Below are positions 1-15,000 of a stretch of DNA of 52,230 bases, one piece after another (within the stretch, counting starts at the first letter, position 1; every line of letters starts with the position of its first letter). The translations under genes and the position numbers were made by a program. Source of the stretch: Caecitellus pseudoparvulus (Eukaryota > Protista > Bigyra: Bicosoecida). The notes below the pieces were generated by a model. That model made no database searches. It was not told where the DNA came from and worked only from the letters and a program-made list of their open reading frames with translations. The stretch covers positions 1 through 52,230 of the forward strand of contig CBFFRQ010000164.1 in the NCBI GenBank assembly GCA_965644315.1, in the 5' to 3' direction.

Positions 1-3000
1 GTCAGACACCGCCAGTGCCACCGTCACCGTCACGCTCTCCCCCACGCCATTGTCCGTGTTGGCGTTGATGAGGGTGCCCAACGGCACGCTGGCGCTCAGC
101 CCGTCCCCTGCCACCGTCCCGCTGCCAGCCAGGGCGCCGAAGCCGCCCGTCACGTTGCTGCTGACGTCGCCACTGGACGCCACGACGCTGACCACCTCCA
201 CCACCGTCACGGGGGACGCAGGGCTGCTCCACCCAGACAGCGCCAAGTCCAGGATGGCGCCGCTGGTCGTGCCCTCAGGCACGCTCACCACCACCGCCAC
301 CTCCACGGCACTGCCCAGGAACACCTGCCGAGGCACGGCGCTCCCGCTGGACCCCGCCGTCACAGCGTCCAGGGACACCTCCACAGTGGACACGCCAGGC
401 GTGCCCACTGGCAGGCTGATGGCGCCAGTCGTCAGCACCTCCGACCCTGCACCGCCGCTGGACCCTGACGTCGTCGTGTACGGCACAGCCAGCTGCAGCG
501 CAGGCAGCGCCGCCGCAGACTCCACGCTCACAGGCACCGACAGCACCACCTCCACGTCTGCGCTCGTCCACAGTGCCAGCTCAGGCACCACGACAGCGCT
601 GCCCTCGGCGTTCAGCTGCCCCACCACGCCAGGCCCCAGGCTCGTGCCGTTCACCAGCACATCCACCACCGGCACCAGCCCGCTGCCCAGGATGCTGCTC
701 AAGTCCGCGCTCACGTTGAACCCCGGCGCGCTGCTGGCACCCGTGTGCCCCACGCTCCACGCCACACTGATCACGTCGCCGGCGTCCACGATGCTGCCGT
801 CCGCCGGGCTCCACACGGGCCCCGCGCTCACCTCCAACGACGGCAGGCCCAGCGTCATGGCGTACCCCGGCACGGCGGGCACGCCAGCCCCCCCCGTGGT
901 GCTGCCCGCCGACAGCAGGCCCACACTGCTCAGCAGCCCGTCCAGGGTGATGACGTCGCCCGCCACAGCCCCCGCCACGTCAGACACCGCCAGTGCCACC
1001 GTCACCGTCACGCTCTCCCCCACGCCATTGTCCGTGTTGGCGTTGATGAGGGTGCCCAACGGCACGCTGGCGCTCAGCCCGTCCCCTGCCACCGTCCCGC
1101 TGCCAGCCAGGGCGCCGAAGCCGCCCGTCACGTTGCTGCTGACGTCGCCACTGGACGCCACGACGCTGACCACCTCCACCACCGTCACGGGGGACGCAGG
1201 GCTGCTCCACCCAGACAGCGCCAAGTCCAGGATGGCGCCGCTGGTCGTGCCCTCAGGCACGCTCACCACCACCGCCACCTCCACGGCACTGCCCAGGAAC
1301 ACCTGCCGAGGCACGGCGCTCCCGCTGGACCCCGCCGTCACAGCGTCCAGGGACACCTCCACAGTGGACACGCCAGGCGTGCCCACTGGCAGGCTGATGG
1401 CGCCAGTCGTCAGCACCTCCGACCCTGCACCGCCGCTGGACCCTGACGTCGTCGTGTACGGCACAGCCAGCTGCAGCGCAGGCAGCGCCGCCGCAGACTC
1501 CACGCTCACAGGCACCGACAGCACCACCTCCACGTCTGCGCTCGTCCACAGTGCCAGCTCAGGCACCACGACAGCGCTGCCCTCGGCGTTCAGCTGCCCC
1601 ACCACGCCAGGCCCCAGGCTCGTGCCGTTCACCAGCACATCCACCACCGGCACCAGCCCGCTGCCCAGGATGCTGCTCAAGTCCGCGCTCACGTTGAACC
1701 CCGGCGCGCTGCTGGCACCCGTGTGCCCCACGCTCCACGCCACACTGATCACGTCGCCGGCGTCCACGATGCTGCCGTCCGCCGGGCTCCACACGGGCCC
1801 CGCGCTCACCTCCAACGACGGCAGGCCCAGCGTCATGGCGTACCCCGGCACGGCGGGCACGCCAGCCCCCCCCGTGGTGCTGCCCGCCGACAGCAGGCCC
1901 ACACTGCTCAGCAGCCCGTCCAGGGTGATGACGTCGCCCGCCACAGCCCCACCCACGTCAGACACCGCCAGTGCCACCGTCACCGTCACGCTCTCCCCCA
2001 CGCCATTGTCCGTGTTGGCGTTGATGAGGGTGCCCAACGGCACGCTGGCGCTCAGCCCGTCCCCTGCCACCGTCCCGCTGCCAGCCAGGGCGCCGAAGCC
2101 GCCCGTCACGTTGCTGCTGACGTCGCCACTGGACGCCACGACGCTGACCACCTCCACCACCGTCACGGGGGACGCAGGGCTGCTCCACCCAGACAGCGCC
2201 AAGTCCAGGATGGCGCCGCTGGTCGTGCCCTCAGGCACGCTCACCACCACCGCCACCTCCACGGCACTGCCCAGGAACACCTGCCGAGGCACGGCGCTCC
2301 CGCTGGACCCCGCCGTCACAGCGTCCAGGGACACCTCCACAGTGGACACGCCAGGCGTGCCCACTGGCAGGCTGATGGCGCCAGTCGTCAGCACCTCCGA
2401 CCCTGCACCGCCGCTGGACCCTGACGTCGTCGTGTACGGCACAGCCAGCTGCAGCGCAGGCAGCGCCGCCGCAGACTCCACGCTCACAGGCACCGACAGC
2501 ACCACCTCCACGTCTGCGCTCGTCCACAGTGCCAGCTCAGGCACCACGACAGCGCTGCCCTCGGCGTTCAGCTGCCCCACCACGCCAGGCCCCAGGCTCG
2601 TGCCGTTCACCAGCACATCCACCACCGGCACCAGCCCGCTGCCCAGGATGCTGCTCAAGTCCGCGCTCACGTTGAACCCCGGCGCGCTGCTGGCACCCGT
2701 GTGCCCCACGCTCCACGCCACACTGATCACGTCGCCGGCGTCCACGATGCTGCCGTCCGCCGGGCTCCACACGGGCCCCGCGCTCACCTCCAACGACGGC
2801 AGGCCCAGCGTCATGGCGTACCCCGGCACGGCGGGCACGCCAGCCCCCCGTGGTGCTGCCCGCCGACAGCAGGCCCACACTGCTCAGCAGCCCGTCCAGG
2901 GTGATGACGTCGCCCGCCACAGCCCCACCCACGTCAGACACCGCCAGTGCCACCGTCACCGTCACGCTCTCCCCCACGCCATTGTCCGTGTTGGCGTTGA

Positions 3001-6000
3001 TGAGGGTGCCCAACGGCACGCTGGCGCTCAGCCCGTCCCCTGCCACCGTCCCGCTGCCAGCCAGGGCGCCGAAGCCGCCCGTCACGTTGCTGCTGACGTC
3101 GCCACTGGACGCCACGACGCTGACCACCTCCACCACCGTCACGGGGGACGCAGGGCTGCTCCACCCAGACAGCGCCAAGTCCAGGATGGCGCCGCTGGTC
3201 GTGCCCTCAGGCACGCTCACCACCACCGCCACCTCCACGGCACTGCCCAGGAACACCTGCCGAGGCACGGCGCTCCCGCTGGACCCCGCCGTCACAGCGT
3301 CCAGGGACACCTCCACAGTGGACACGCCAGGCGTGCCCACTGGCAGGCTGATGGCGCCAGTCGTCAGCACCTCCGACCCTGCACCGCCGCTGGACCCTGA
3401 CGTCGTCGTGTACGGCACAGCCAGCTGCAGCGCAGGCAGCGCCGCCGCAGACTCCACGCTCACAGGCACCGACAGCACCACCTCCACGTCTGCGCTCGTC
3501 CACAGTGCCAGCTCAGGCACCACGACAGCGCTGCCCTCGGCGTTCAGCTGCCCCACCACGCCAGGCCCCAGGCTCGTGCCGTTCACCAGCACATCCACCA
3601 CCGGCACCAGCCCGCTGCCCAGGATGCTGCTCAAGTCCGCGCTCACGTTGAACCCCGGCGCGCTGCTGGCACCCGTGTGCCCCACGCTCCACGCCACACT
3701 GATCACGTCGCCGGCGTCCACGATGCTGCCGTCCGCCGGGCTCCACACGGGCCCCGCGCTCACCTCCAACGACGGCAGGCCCAGCGTCATGGCGTACCCC
3801 GGCACGGCGGGCACGCCAGCCCCCCGTGGTGCTGCCCGCCGACAGCAGGCCCACACTGCTCAGCAGCCCGTCCAGGGTGATGACGTCGCCCGCCACAGCC
3901 CCCGCCACGTCAGACACCGCCAGTGCCACCGTCACCGTCACGCTCTCCCCCACGCCATTGTCCGTGTTGGCGTTGATGAGGGTGCCCAACGGCACGCTGG
4001 CGCTCAGCCCGTCCCCTGCCACCGTCCCGCTGCCAGCCAGGGCGCCGAAGCCGCCCGTCACGTTGCTGCTGACGTCGCCACTGGACGCCACGACGCTGAC
4101 CACCTCCACCACCGTCACGGGGGACGCAGGGCTGCTCCACCCAGACAGCGCCAAGTCCAGGATGGCGCCGCTGGTCGTGCCCTCAGGCACGCTCACCACC
4201 ACCGCCACCTCCACGGCACTGCCCAGGAACACCTGCCGAGGCACGGCGCTCCCGCTGGACCCCGCCGTCACAGCGTCCAGGGACACCTCCACAGTGGACA
4301 CGCCAGGCGTGCCCACTGGCAGGCTGATGGCGCCAGTCGTCAGCACCTCCGACCCTGCACCGCCGCTGGACCCTGACGTCGTCGTGTACGGCACAGCCAG
4401 CTGCAGCGCAGGCAGCGCCGCCGCAGACTCCACGCTCACAGGCACCGACAGCACCACCTCCACGTCTGCGCTCGTCCACAGTGCCAGCTCAGGCACCACG
4501 ACAGCGCTGCCCTCGGCGTTCAGCTGCCCCACCACGCCAGGCCCCAGGCTCGTGCCGTTCACCAGCACATCCACCACCGGCACCAGCCCGCTGCCCAGGA
4601 TGCTGCTCAAGTCCGCGCTCACGTTGAACCCCGGCGCGCTGCTGGCACCCGTGTGCCCCACGCTCCACGCCACACTGATCACGTCGCCGGCGTCCACGAT
4701 GCTGCCGTCCGCCGGGCTCCACACGGGCCCCGCGCTCACCTCCAACGACGGCAGGCCCAGCGTCATGGCGTACCCCGGCACGGCGGGCACGCCAGCCCCC
4801 CCCGTGGTGCTGCCCGCCGACAGCAGGCCCACACTGCTCAGCAGCCCGTCCAGGGTGATGACGTCGCCCGCCACAGCCCCACCCACGTCAGACACCGCCA
4901 GTGCCACCGTCACCGTCACGCTCTCCCCCACGCCATTGTCCGTGTTGGCGTTGATGAGGGTGCCCAACGGCACGCTGGCGCTCAGCCCGTCCCCTGCCAC
5001 CGTCCCGCTGCCAGCCAGGGCGCCGAAGCCGCCCGTCACGTTGCTGCTGACGTCGCCACTGGACGCCACGACGCTGACCACCTCCACCACCGTCACGGGG
5101 GACGCAGGGCTGCTCCACCCAGACAGCGCCAAGTCCAGGATGGCGCCGCTGGTCGTGCCCTCAGGCACGCTCACCACCACCGCCACCTCCACGGCACTGC
5201 CCAGGAACACCTGCCGAGGCACGGCGCTCCCGCTGGACCCCGCCGTCACAGCGTCCAGGGACACCTCCACAGTGGACACGCCAGGCGTGCCCACTGGCAG
5301 GCTGATGGCGCCAGTCGTCAGCACCTCCGACCCTGCACCGCCGCTGGACCCTGACGTCGTCGTGTACGGCACAGCCAGCTGCAGCGCAGGCAGCGCCGCC
5401 GCAGACTCCACGCTCACAGGCACCGACAGCACCACCTCCACGTCTGCGCTCGTCCACAGTGCCAGCTCAGGCACCACGACAGCGCTGCCCTCGGCGTTCA
5501 GCTGCCCCACCACGCCAGGCCCCAGGCTCGTGCCGTTCACCAGCACATCCACCACCGGCACCAGCCCGCTGCCCAGGATGCTGCTCAAGTCCGCGCTCAC
5601 GTTGAACCCCGGCGCGCTGCTGGCACCCGTGTGCCCCACGCTCCACGCCACACTGATCACGTCGCCGGCGTCCACGATGCTGCCGTCCGCCGGGCTCCAC
5701 ACGGGCCCCGCGCTCACCTCCAACGACGGCAGGCCCAGCGTCATGGCGTACCCCGGCACGGCGGGCACGCCAGCCCCCCCCGTGGTGCTGCCCGCCGACA
5801 GCAGGCCCACACTGCTCAGCAGCCCGTCCAGGGTGATGACGTCGCCCGCCACAGCCCCACCCACGTCAGACACCGCCAGTGCCACCGTCACCGTCACGCT
5901 CTCCCCCACGCCATTGTCCGTGTTGGCGTTGATGAGGGTGCCCAACGGCACGCTGGCGCTCAGCCCGTCCCCTGCCACCGTCCCGCTGCCAGCCAGGGCG

Positions 6001-9000
6001 CCGAAGCCGCCCGTCACGTTGCTGCTGACGTCGCCACTGGACGCCACGACGCTGACCACCTCCACCACCGTCACGGGGGACGCAGGGCTGCTCCACCCAG
6101 ACAGCGCCAAGTCCAGGATGGCGCCGCTGGTCGTGCCCTCAGGCACGCTCACCACCACCGCCACCTCCACGGCACTGCCCAGGAACACCTGCCGAGGCAC
6201 GGCGCTCCCGCTGGACCCCGCCGTCACAGCGTCCAGGGACACCTCCACAGTGGACACGCCAGGCGTGCCCACTGGCAGGCTGATGGCGCCAGTCGTCAGC
6301 ACCTCCGACCCTGCACCGCCGCTGGACCCTGACGTCGTCGTGTACGGCACAGCCAGCTGCAGCGCAGGCAGCGCCGCCGCAGACTCCACGCTCACAGGCA
6401 CCGACAGCACCACCTCCACGTCTGCGCTCGTCCACAGTGCCAGCTCAGGCACCACGACAGCGCTGCCCTCGGCGTTCAGCTGCCCCACCACGCCAGGCCC
6501 CAGGCTCGTGCCGTTCACCAGCACATCCACCACCGGCACCAGCCCGCTGCCCAGGATGCTGCTCAAGTCCGCGCTCACGTTGAACCCCGGCGCGCTGCTG
6601 GCACCCGTGTGCCCCACGCTCCACGCCACACTGATCACGTCGCCGGCGTCCACGATGCTGCCGTCCGCCGGGCTCCACACGGGCCCCGCGCTCACCTCCA
6701 ACGACGGCAGGCCCAGCGTCATGGCGTACCCCGGCACGGCGGGCACGCCAGCCCCCCGTGGTGCTGCCCGCCGACAGCAGGCCCACACTGCTCAGCAGCC
6801 CGTCCAGGGTGATGACGTCGCCCGCCACAGCCCCACCCACGTCAGACACCGCCAGTGCCACCGTCACCGTCACGCTCTCCCCCACGCCATTGTCCGTGTT
6901 GGCGTTGATGAGGGTGCCCAACGGCACGCTGGCGCTCAGCCCGTCCCCTGCCACCGTCCCGCTGCCAGCCAGGGCGCCGAAGCCGCCCGTCACGTTGCTG
7001 CTGACGTCGCCACTGGACGCCACGACGCTGACCACCTCCACCACCGTCACGGGGGACGCAGGGCTGCTCCACCCAGACAGCGCCAAGTCCAGGATGGCGC
7101 CGCTGGTCGTGCCCTCAGGCACGCTCACCACCACCGCCACCTCCACGGCACTGCCCAGGAACACCTGCCGAGGCACGGCGCTCCCGCTGGACCCCGCCGT
7201 CACAGCGTCCAGGGACACCTCCACAGTGGACACGCCAGGCGTGCCCACTGGCAGGCTGATGGCGCCAGTCGTCAGCACCTCCGACCCTGCACCGCCGCTG
7301 GACCCTGACGTCGTCGTGTACGGCACAGCCAGCTGCAGCGCAGGCAGCGCCGCCGCAGACTCCACGCTCACAGGCACCGACAGCACCACCTCCACGTCTG
7401 CGCTCGTCCACAGTGCCAGCTCAGGCACCACGACAGCGCTGCCCTCGGCGTTCAGCTGCCCCACCACGCCAGGCCCCAGGCTCGTGCCGTTCACCAGCAC
7501 ATCCACCACCGGCACCAGCCCGCTGCCCAGGATGCTGCTCAAGTCCGCGCTCACGTTGAACCCCGGCGCGCTGCTGGCACCCGTGTGCCCCACGCTCCAC
7601 GCCACACTGATCACGTCGCCGGCGTCCACGATGCTGCCGTCCGCCGGGCTCCACACGGGCCCCGCGCTCACCTCCAACGACGGCAGGCCCAGCGTCATGG
7701 CGTACCCCGGCACGGCGGGCACGCCAGCCCCCCCCGTGGTGCTGCCCGCCGACAGCAGGCCCACACTGCTCAGCAGCCCGTCCAGGGTGATGACGTCGCC
7801 CGCCACAGCCCCCGCCACGTCAGACACCGCCAGTGCCACCGTCACCGTCACGCTCTCCCCCACGCCATTGTCCGTGTTGGCGTTGATGAGGGTGCCCAAC
7901 GGCACGCTGGCGCTCAGCCCGTCCCCTGCCACCGTCCCGCTGCCAGCCAAGGCGCCGAAGCCGCCCGTCACGTTGCTGCTGACGTCGCCACTGGACGCCA
8001 CGACGCTGACCACCTCCACCACCGTCACGGGGGACGCAGGGCTGCTCCACCCAGACAGCGCCAAGTCCAGGATGGCGCCGCTGGTCGTGCCCTCAGGCAC
8101 GCTCACCACCACCGCCACCTCCACGGCACTGCCCAGGAACACCTGCCGAGGCACGGCGCTCCCGCTGGACCCCGCCGTCACAGCGTCCAGGGACACCTCC
8201 ACAGTGGACACGCCAGGCGTGCCCACTGGCAGGCTGATGGCGCCAGTCGTCAGCACCTCCGACCCTGCACCGCCGCTGGACCCTGACGTCGTCGTGTACG
8301 GCACAGCCAGCTGCAGCGCAGGCAGCGCCGCCGCAGACTCCACGCTCACAGGCACCGACAGCACCACCTCCACGTCTGCGCTCGTCCACAGTGCCAGCTC
8401 AGGCACCACGACAGCGCTGCCCTCGGCGTTCAGCTGCCCCACCACGCCAGGCCCCAGGCTCGTGCCGTTCACCAGCACATCCACCACCGGCACCAGCCCG
8501 CTGCCCAGGATGCTGCTCAAGTCCGCGCTCACGTTGAACCCCGGCGCGCTGCTGGCACCCGTGTGCCCCACGCTCCACGCCACACTGATCACGTCGCCGG
8601 CGTCCACGATGCTGCCGTCCGCCGGGCTCCACACGGGCCCCGCGCTCACCTCCAACGACGGCAGGCCCAGCGTCATGGCGTACCCCGGCACGGCGGGCAC
8701 GCCAGCCCCCCGTGGTGCTGCCCGCCGACAGCAGGCCCACACTGCTCAGCAGCCCGTCCAGGGTGATGACGTCGCCCGCCACAGCCCCCGCCACGTCAGA
8801 CACCGCCAGTGCCACCGTCACCGTCACGCTCTCCCCCACGCCATTGTCCGTGTTGGCGTTGATGAGGGTGCCCAACGGCACGCTGGCGCTCAGCCCGTCC
8901 CCTGCCACCGTCCCGCTGCCAGCCAAGGCGCCGAAGCCGCCCGTCACGTTGCTGCTGACGTCGCCACTGGACGCCACGACGCTGACCACCTCCACCACCG

Positions 9001-12000
9001 TCACGGGGGACGCAGGGCTGCTCCACCCAGACAGCGCCAAGTCCAGGATGGCGCCGCTGGTCGTGCCCTCAGGCACGCTCACCACCACCGCCACCTCCAC
9101 GGCACTGCCCAGGAACACCTGCCGAGGCACGGCGCTCCCGCTGGACCCCGCCGTCACAGCGTCCAGGGACACCTCCACAGTGGACACGCCAGGCGTGCCC
9201 ACTGGCAGGCTGATGGCGCCAGTCGTCAGCACCTCCGACCCTGCACCGCCGCTGGACCCTGACGTCGTCGTGTACGGCACAGCCAGCTGCAGCGCAGGCA
9301 GCGCCGCCGCAGACTCCACGCTCACAGGCACCGACAGCACCACCTCCACGTCTGCGCTCGTCCACAGTGCCAGCTCAGGCACCACGACAGCGCTGCCCTC
9401 GGCGTTCAGCTGCCCCACCACGCCAGGCCCCAGGCTCGTGCCGTTCACCAGCACATCCACCACCGGCACCAGCCCGCTGCCCAGGATGCTGCTCAAGTCC
9501 GCGCTCACGTTGAACCCCGGCGCGCTGCTGGCACCCGTGTGCCCCACGCTCCACGCCACACTGATCACGTCGCCGGCGTCCACGATGCTGCCGTCCGCCG
9601 GGCTCCACACGGGCCCCGCGCTCACCTCCAACGACGGCAGGCCCAGCGTCATGGCGTACCCCGGCACGGCGGGCACGCCAGCCCCCCCCGTGGTGCTGCC
9701 CGCCGACAGCAGGCCCACACTGCTCAGCAGCCCGTCCAGGGTGATGACGTCGCCCGCCACAGCCCCCGCCACGTCAGACACCGCCAGTGCCACCGTCACC
9801 GTCACGCTCTCCCCCACGCCATTGTCCGTGTTGGCGTTGATGAGGGTGCCCAACGGCACGCTGGCGCTCAGCCCGTCCCCTGCCACCGTCCCGCTGCCAG
9901 CCAAGGCGCCGAAGCCGCCCGTCACGTTGCTGCTGACGTCGCCACTGGACGCCACGACGCTGACCACCTCCACCACCGTCACGGGGGACGCAGGGCTGCT
10001 CCACCCAGACAGCGCCAAGTCCAGGATGGCGCCGCTGGTCGTGCCCTCAGGCACGCTCACCACCACCGCCACCTCCACGGCACTGCCCAGGAACACCTGC
10101 CGAGGCACGGCGCTCCCGCTGGACCCCGCCGTCACAGCGTCCAGGGACACCTCCACAGTGGACACGCCAGGCGTGCCCACTGGCAGGCTGATGGCGCCAG
10201 TCGTCAGCACCTCCGACCCTGCACCGCCGCTGGACCCTGACGTCGTCGTGTACGGCACAGCCAGCTGCAGCGCAGGCAGCGCCGCCGCAGACTCCACGCT
10301 CACAGGCACCGACAGCACCACCTCCACGTCTGCGCTCGTCCACAGTGCCAGCTCAGGCACCACGACAGCGCTGCCCTCGGCGTTCAGCTGCCCCACCACG
10401 CCAGGCCCCAGGCTCGTGCCGTTCACCAGCACATCCACCACCGGCACCAGCCCGCTGCCCAGGATGCTGCTCAAGTCCGCGCTCACGTTGAACCCCGGCG
10501 CGCTGCTGGCACCCGTGTGCCCCACGCTCCACGCCACACTGATCACGTCGCCGGCGTCCACGATGCTGCCGTCCGCCGGGCTCCACACGGGCCCCGCGCT
10601 CACCTCCAACGACGGCAGGCCCAGCGTCATGGCGTACCCCGGCACGGCGGGCACGCCAGCCCCCCGTGGTGCTGCCCGCCGACAGCAGGCCCACACTGCT
10701 CAGCAGCCCGTCCAGGGTGATGACGTCGCCCGCCACAGCCCCACCCACGTCAGACACCGCCAGTGCCACCGTCACCGTCACGCTCTCCCCCACGCCATTG
10801 TCCGTGTTGGCGTTGATGAGGGTGCCCAACGGCACGCTGGCGCTCAGCCCGTCCCCTGCCACCGTCCCGCTGCCAGCCAGGGCGCCGAAGCCGCCCGTCA
10901 CGTTGCTGCTGACGTCGCCACTGGACGCCACGACGCTGACCACCTCCACCACCGTCACGGGGGACGCAGGGCTGCTCCACCCAGACAGCGCCAAGTCCAG
11001 GATGGCGCCGCTGGTCGTGCCCTCAGGCACGCTCACCACCACCGCCACCTCCACGGCACTGCCCAGGAACACCTGCCGAGGCACGGCGCTCCCGCTGGAC
11101 CCCGCCGTCACAGCGTCCAGGGACACCTCCACAGTGGACACGCCAGGCGTGCCCACTGGCAGGCTGATGGCGCCAGTCGTCAGCACCTCCGACCCTGCAC
11201 CGCCGCTGGACCCTGACGTCGTCGTGTACGGCACAGCCAGCTGCAGCGCAGGCAGCGCCGCCGCAGACTCCACGCTCACAGGCACCGACAGCACCACCTC
11301 CACGTCTGCGCTCGTCCACAGTGCCAGCTCAGGCACCACGACAGCGCTGCCCTCGGCGTTCAGCTGCCCCACCACGCCAGGCCCCAGGCTCGTGCCGTTC
11401 ACCAGCACATCCACCACCGGCACCAGCCCGCTGCCCAGGATGCTGCTCAAGTCCGCGCTCACGTTGAACCCCGGCGCGCTGCTGGCACCCGTGTGCCCCA
11501 CGCTCCACGCCACACTGATCACGTCGCCGGCGTCCACGATGCTGCCGTCCGCCGGGCTCCACACGGGCCCCGCGCTCACCTCCAACGACGGCAGGCCCAG
11601 CGTCATGGCGTACCCCGGCACGGCGGGCACGCCAGCCCCCCCCGTGGTGCTGCCCGCCGACAGCAGGCCCACACTGCTCAGCAGCCCGTCCAGGGTGATG
11701 ACGTCGCCCGCCACAGCCCCACCCACGTCAGACACCGCCAGTGCCACCGTCACCGTCACGCTCTCCCCCACGCCATTGTCCGTGTTGGCGTTGATGAGGG
11801 TGCCCAACGGCACGCTGGCGCTCAGCCCGTCCCCTGCCACCGTCCCGCTGCCAGCCAGGGCGCCGAAGCCGCCCGTCACGTTGCTGCTGACGTCGCCACT
11901 GGACGCCACGACGCTGACCACCTCCACCACCGTCACGGGGGACGCAGGGCTGCTCCACCCAGACAGCGCCAAGTCCAGGATGGCGCCGCTGGTCGTGCCC

Positions 12001-15000
12001 TCAGGCACGCTCACCACCACCGCCACCTCCACGGCACTGCCCAGGAACACCTGCCGAGGCACGGCGCTCCCGCTGGACCCCGCCGTCACAGCGTCCAGGG
12101 ACACCTCCACAGTGGACACGCCAGGCGTGCCCACTGGCAGGCTGATGGCGCCAGTCGTCAGCACCTCCGACCCTGCACCGCCGCTGGACCCTGACGTCGT
12201 CGTGTACGGCACAGCCAGCTGCAGCGCAGGCAGCGCCGCCGCAGACTCCACGCTCACAGGCACCGACAGCACCACCTCCACGTCTGCGCTCGTCCACAGT
12301 GCCAGCTCAGGCACCACGACAGCGCTGCCCTCGGCGTTCAGCTGCCCCACCACGCCAGGCCCCAGGCTCGTGCCGTTCACCAGCACATCCACCACCGGCA
12401 CCAGCCCGCTGCCCAGGATGCTGCTCAAGTCCGCGCTCACGTTGAACCCCGGCGCGCTGCTGGCACCCGTGTGCCCCACGCTCCACGCCACACTGATCAC
12501 GTCGCCGGCGTCCACGATGCTGCCGTCCGCCGGGCTCCACACGGGCCCCGCGCTCACCTCCAACGACGGCAGGCCCAGCGTCATGGCGTACCCCGGCACG
12601 GCGGGCACGCCAGCCCCCCGTGGTGCTGCCCGCCGACAGCAGGCCCACACTGCTCAGCAGCCCGTCCAGGGTGATGACGTCGCCCGCCACAGCCCCCGCC
12701 ACGTCAGACACCGCCAGTGCCACCGTCACCGTCACGCTCTCCCCCACGCCATTGTCCGTGTTGGCGTTGATGAGGGTGCCCAACGGCACGCTGGCGCTCA
12801 GCCCGTCCCCTGCCACCGTCCCGCTGCCAGCCAAGGCGCCGAAGCCGCCCGTCACGTTGCTGCTGACGTCGCCACTGGACGCCACGACGCTGACCACCTC
12901 CACCACCGTCACGGGGGACGCAGGGCTGCTCCACCCAGACAGCGCCAAGTCCAGGATGGCGCCGCTGGTCGTGCCCTCAGGCACGCTCACCACCACCGCC
13001 ACCTCCACGGCACTGCCCAGGAACACCTGCCGAGGCACGGCGCTCCCGCTGGACCCCGCCGTCACAGCGTCCAGGGACACCTCCACAGTGGACACGCCAG
13101 GCGTGCCCACTGGCAGGCTGATGGCGCCAGTCGTCAGCACCTCCGACCCTGCACCGCCGCTGGACCCTGACGTCGTCGTGTACGGCACAGCCAGCTGCAG
13201 CGCAGGCAGCGCCGCCGCAGACTCCACGCTCACAGGCACCGACAGCACCACCTCCACGTCTGCGCTCGTCCACAGTGCCAGCTCAGGCACCACGACAGCG
13301 CTGCCCTCGGCGTTCAGCTGCCCCACCACGCCAGGCCCCAGGCTCGTGCCGTTCACCAGCACATCCACCACCGGCACCAGCCCGCTGCCCAGGATGCTGC
13401 TCAAGTCCGCGCTCACGTTGAACCCCGGCGCGCTGCTGGCACCCGTGTGCCCCACGCTCCACGCCACACTGATCACGTCGCCGGCGTCCACGATGCTGCC
13501 GTCCGCCGGGCTCCACACGGGCCCCGCGCTCACCTCCAACGACGGCAGGCCCAGCGTCATGGCGTACCCCGGCACGGCGGGCACGCCAGCCCCCCCCGTG
13601 GTGCTGCCCGCCGACAGCAGGCCCACACTGCTCAGCAGCCCGTCCAGGGTGATGACGTCGCCCGCCACAGCCCCACCCACGTCAGACACCGCCAGTGCCA
13701 CCGTCACCGTCACGCTCTCCCCCACGCCATTGTCCGTGTTGGCGTTGATGAGGGTGCCCAACGGCACGCTGGCGCTCAGCCCGTCCCCTGCCACCGTCCC
13801 GCTGCCAGCCAGGGCGCCGAAGCCGCCCGTCACGTTGCTGCTGACGTCGCCACTGGACGCCACGACGCTGACCACCTCCACCACCGTCACGGGGGACGCA
13901 GGGCTGCTCCACCCAGACAGCGCCAAGTCCAGGATGGCGCCGCTGGTCGTGCCCTCAGGCACGCTCACCACCACCGCCACCTCCACGGCACTGCCCAGGA
14001 ACACCTGCCGAGGCACGGCGCTCCCGCTGGACCCCGCCGTCACAGCGTCCAGGGACACCTCCACAGTGGACACGCCAGGCGTGCCCACTGGCAGGCTGAT
14101 GGCGCCAGTCGTCAGCACCTCCGACCCTGCACCGCCGCTGGACCCTGACGTCGTCGTGTACGGCACAGCCAGCTGCAGCGCAGGCAGCGCCGCCGCAGAC
14201 TCCACGCTCACAGGCACCGACAGCACCACCTCCACGTCTGCGCTCGTCCACAGTGCCAGCTCAGGCACCACGACAGCGCTGCCCTCGGCGTTCAGCTGCC
14301 CCACCACGCCAGGCCCCAGGCTCGTGCCGTTCACCAGCACATCCACCACCGGCACCAGCCCGCTGCCCAGGATGCTGCTCAAGTCCGCGCTCACGTTGAA
14401 CCCCGGCGCGCTGCTGGCACCCGTGTGCCCCACGCTCCACGCCACACTGATCACGTCGCCGGCGTCCACGATGCTGCCGTCCGCCGGGCTCCACACGGGC
14501 CCCGCGCTCACCTCCAACGACGGCAGGCCCAGCGTCATGGCGTACCCCGGCACGGCGGGCACGCCAGCCCCCCCCGTGGTGCTGCCCGCCGACAGCAGGC
14601 CCACACTGCTCAGCAGCCCGTCCAGGGTGATGACGTCGCCCGCCACAGCCCCACCCACGTCAGACACCGCCAGTGCCACCGTCACCGTCACGCTCTCCCC
14701 CACGCCATTGTCCGTGTTGGCGTTGATGAGGGTGCCCAACGGCACGCTGGCGCTCAGCCCGTCCCCTGCCACCGTCCCGCTGCCAGCCAGGGCGCCGAAG
14801 CCGCCCGTCACGTTGCTGCTGACGTCGCCACTGGACGCCACGACGCTGACCACCTCCACCACCGTCACGGGGGACGCAGGGCTGCTCCACCCAGACAGCG
14901 CCAAGTCCAGGATGGCGCCGCTGGTCGTGCCCTCAGGCACGCTCACCACCACCGCCACCTCCACGGCACTGCCCAGGAACACCTGCCGAGGCACGGCGCT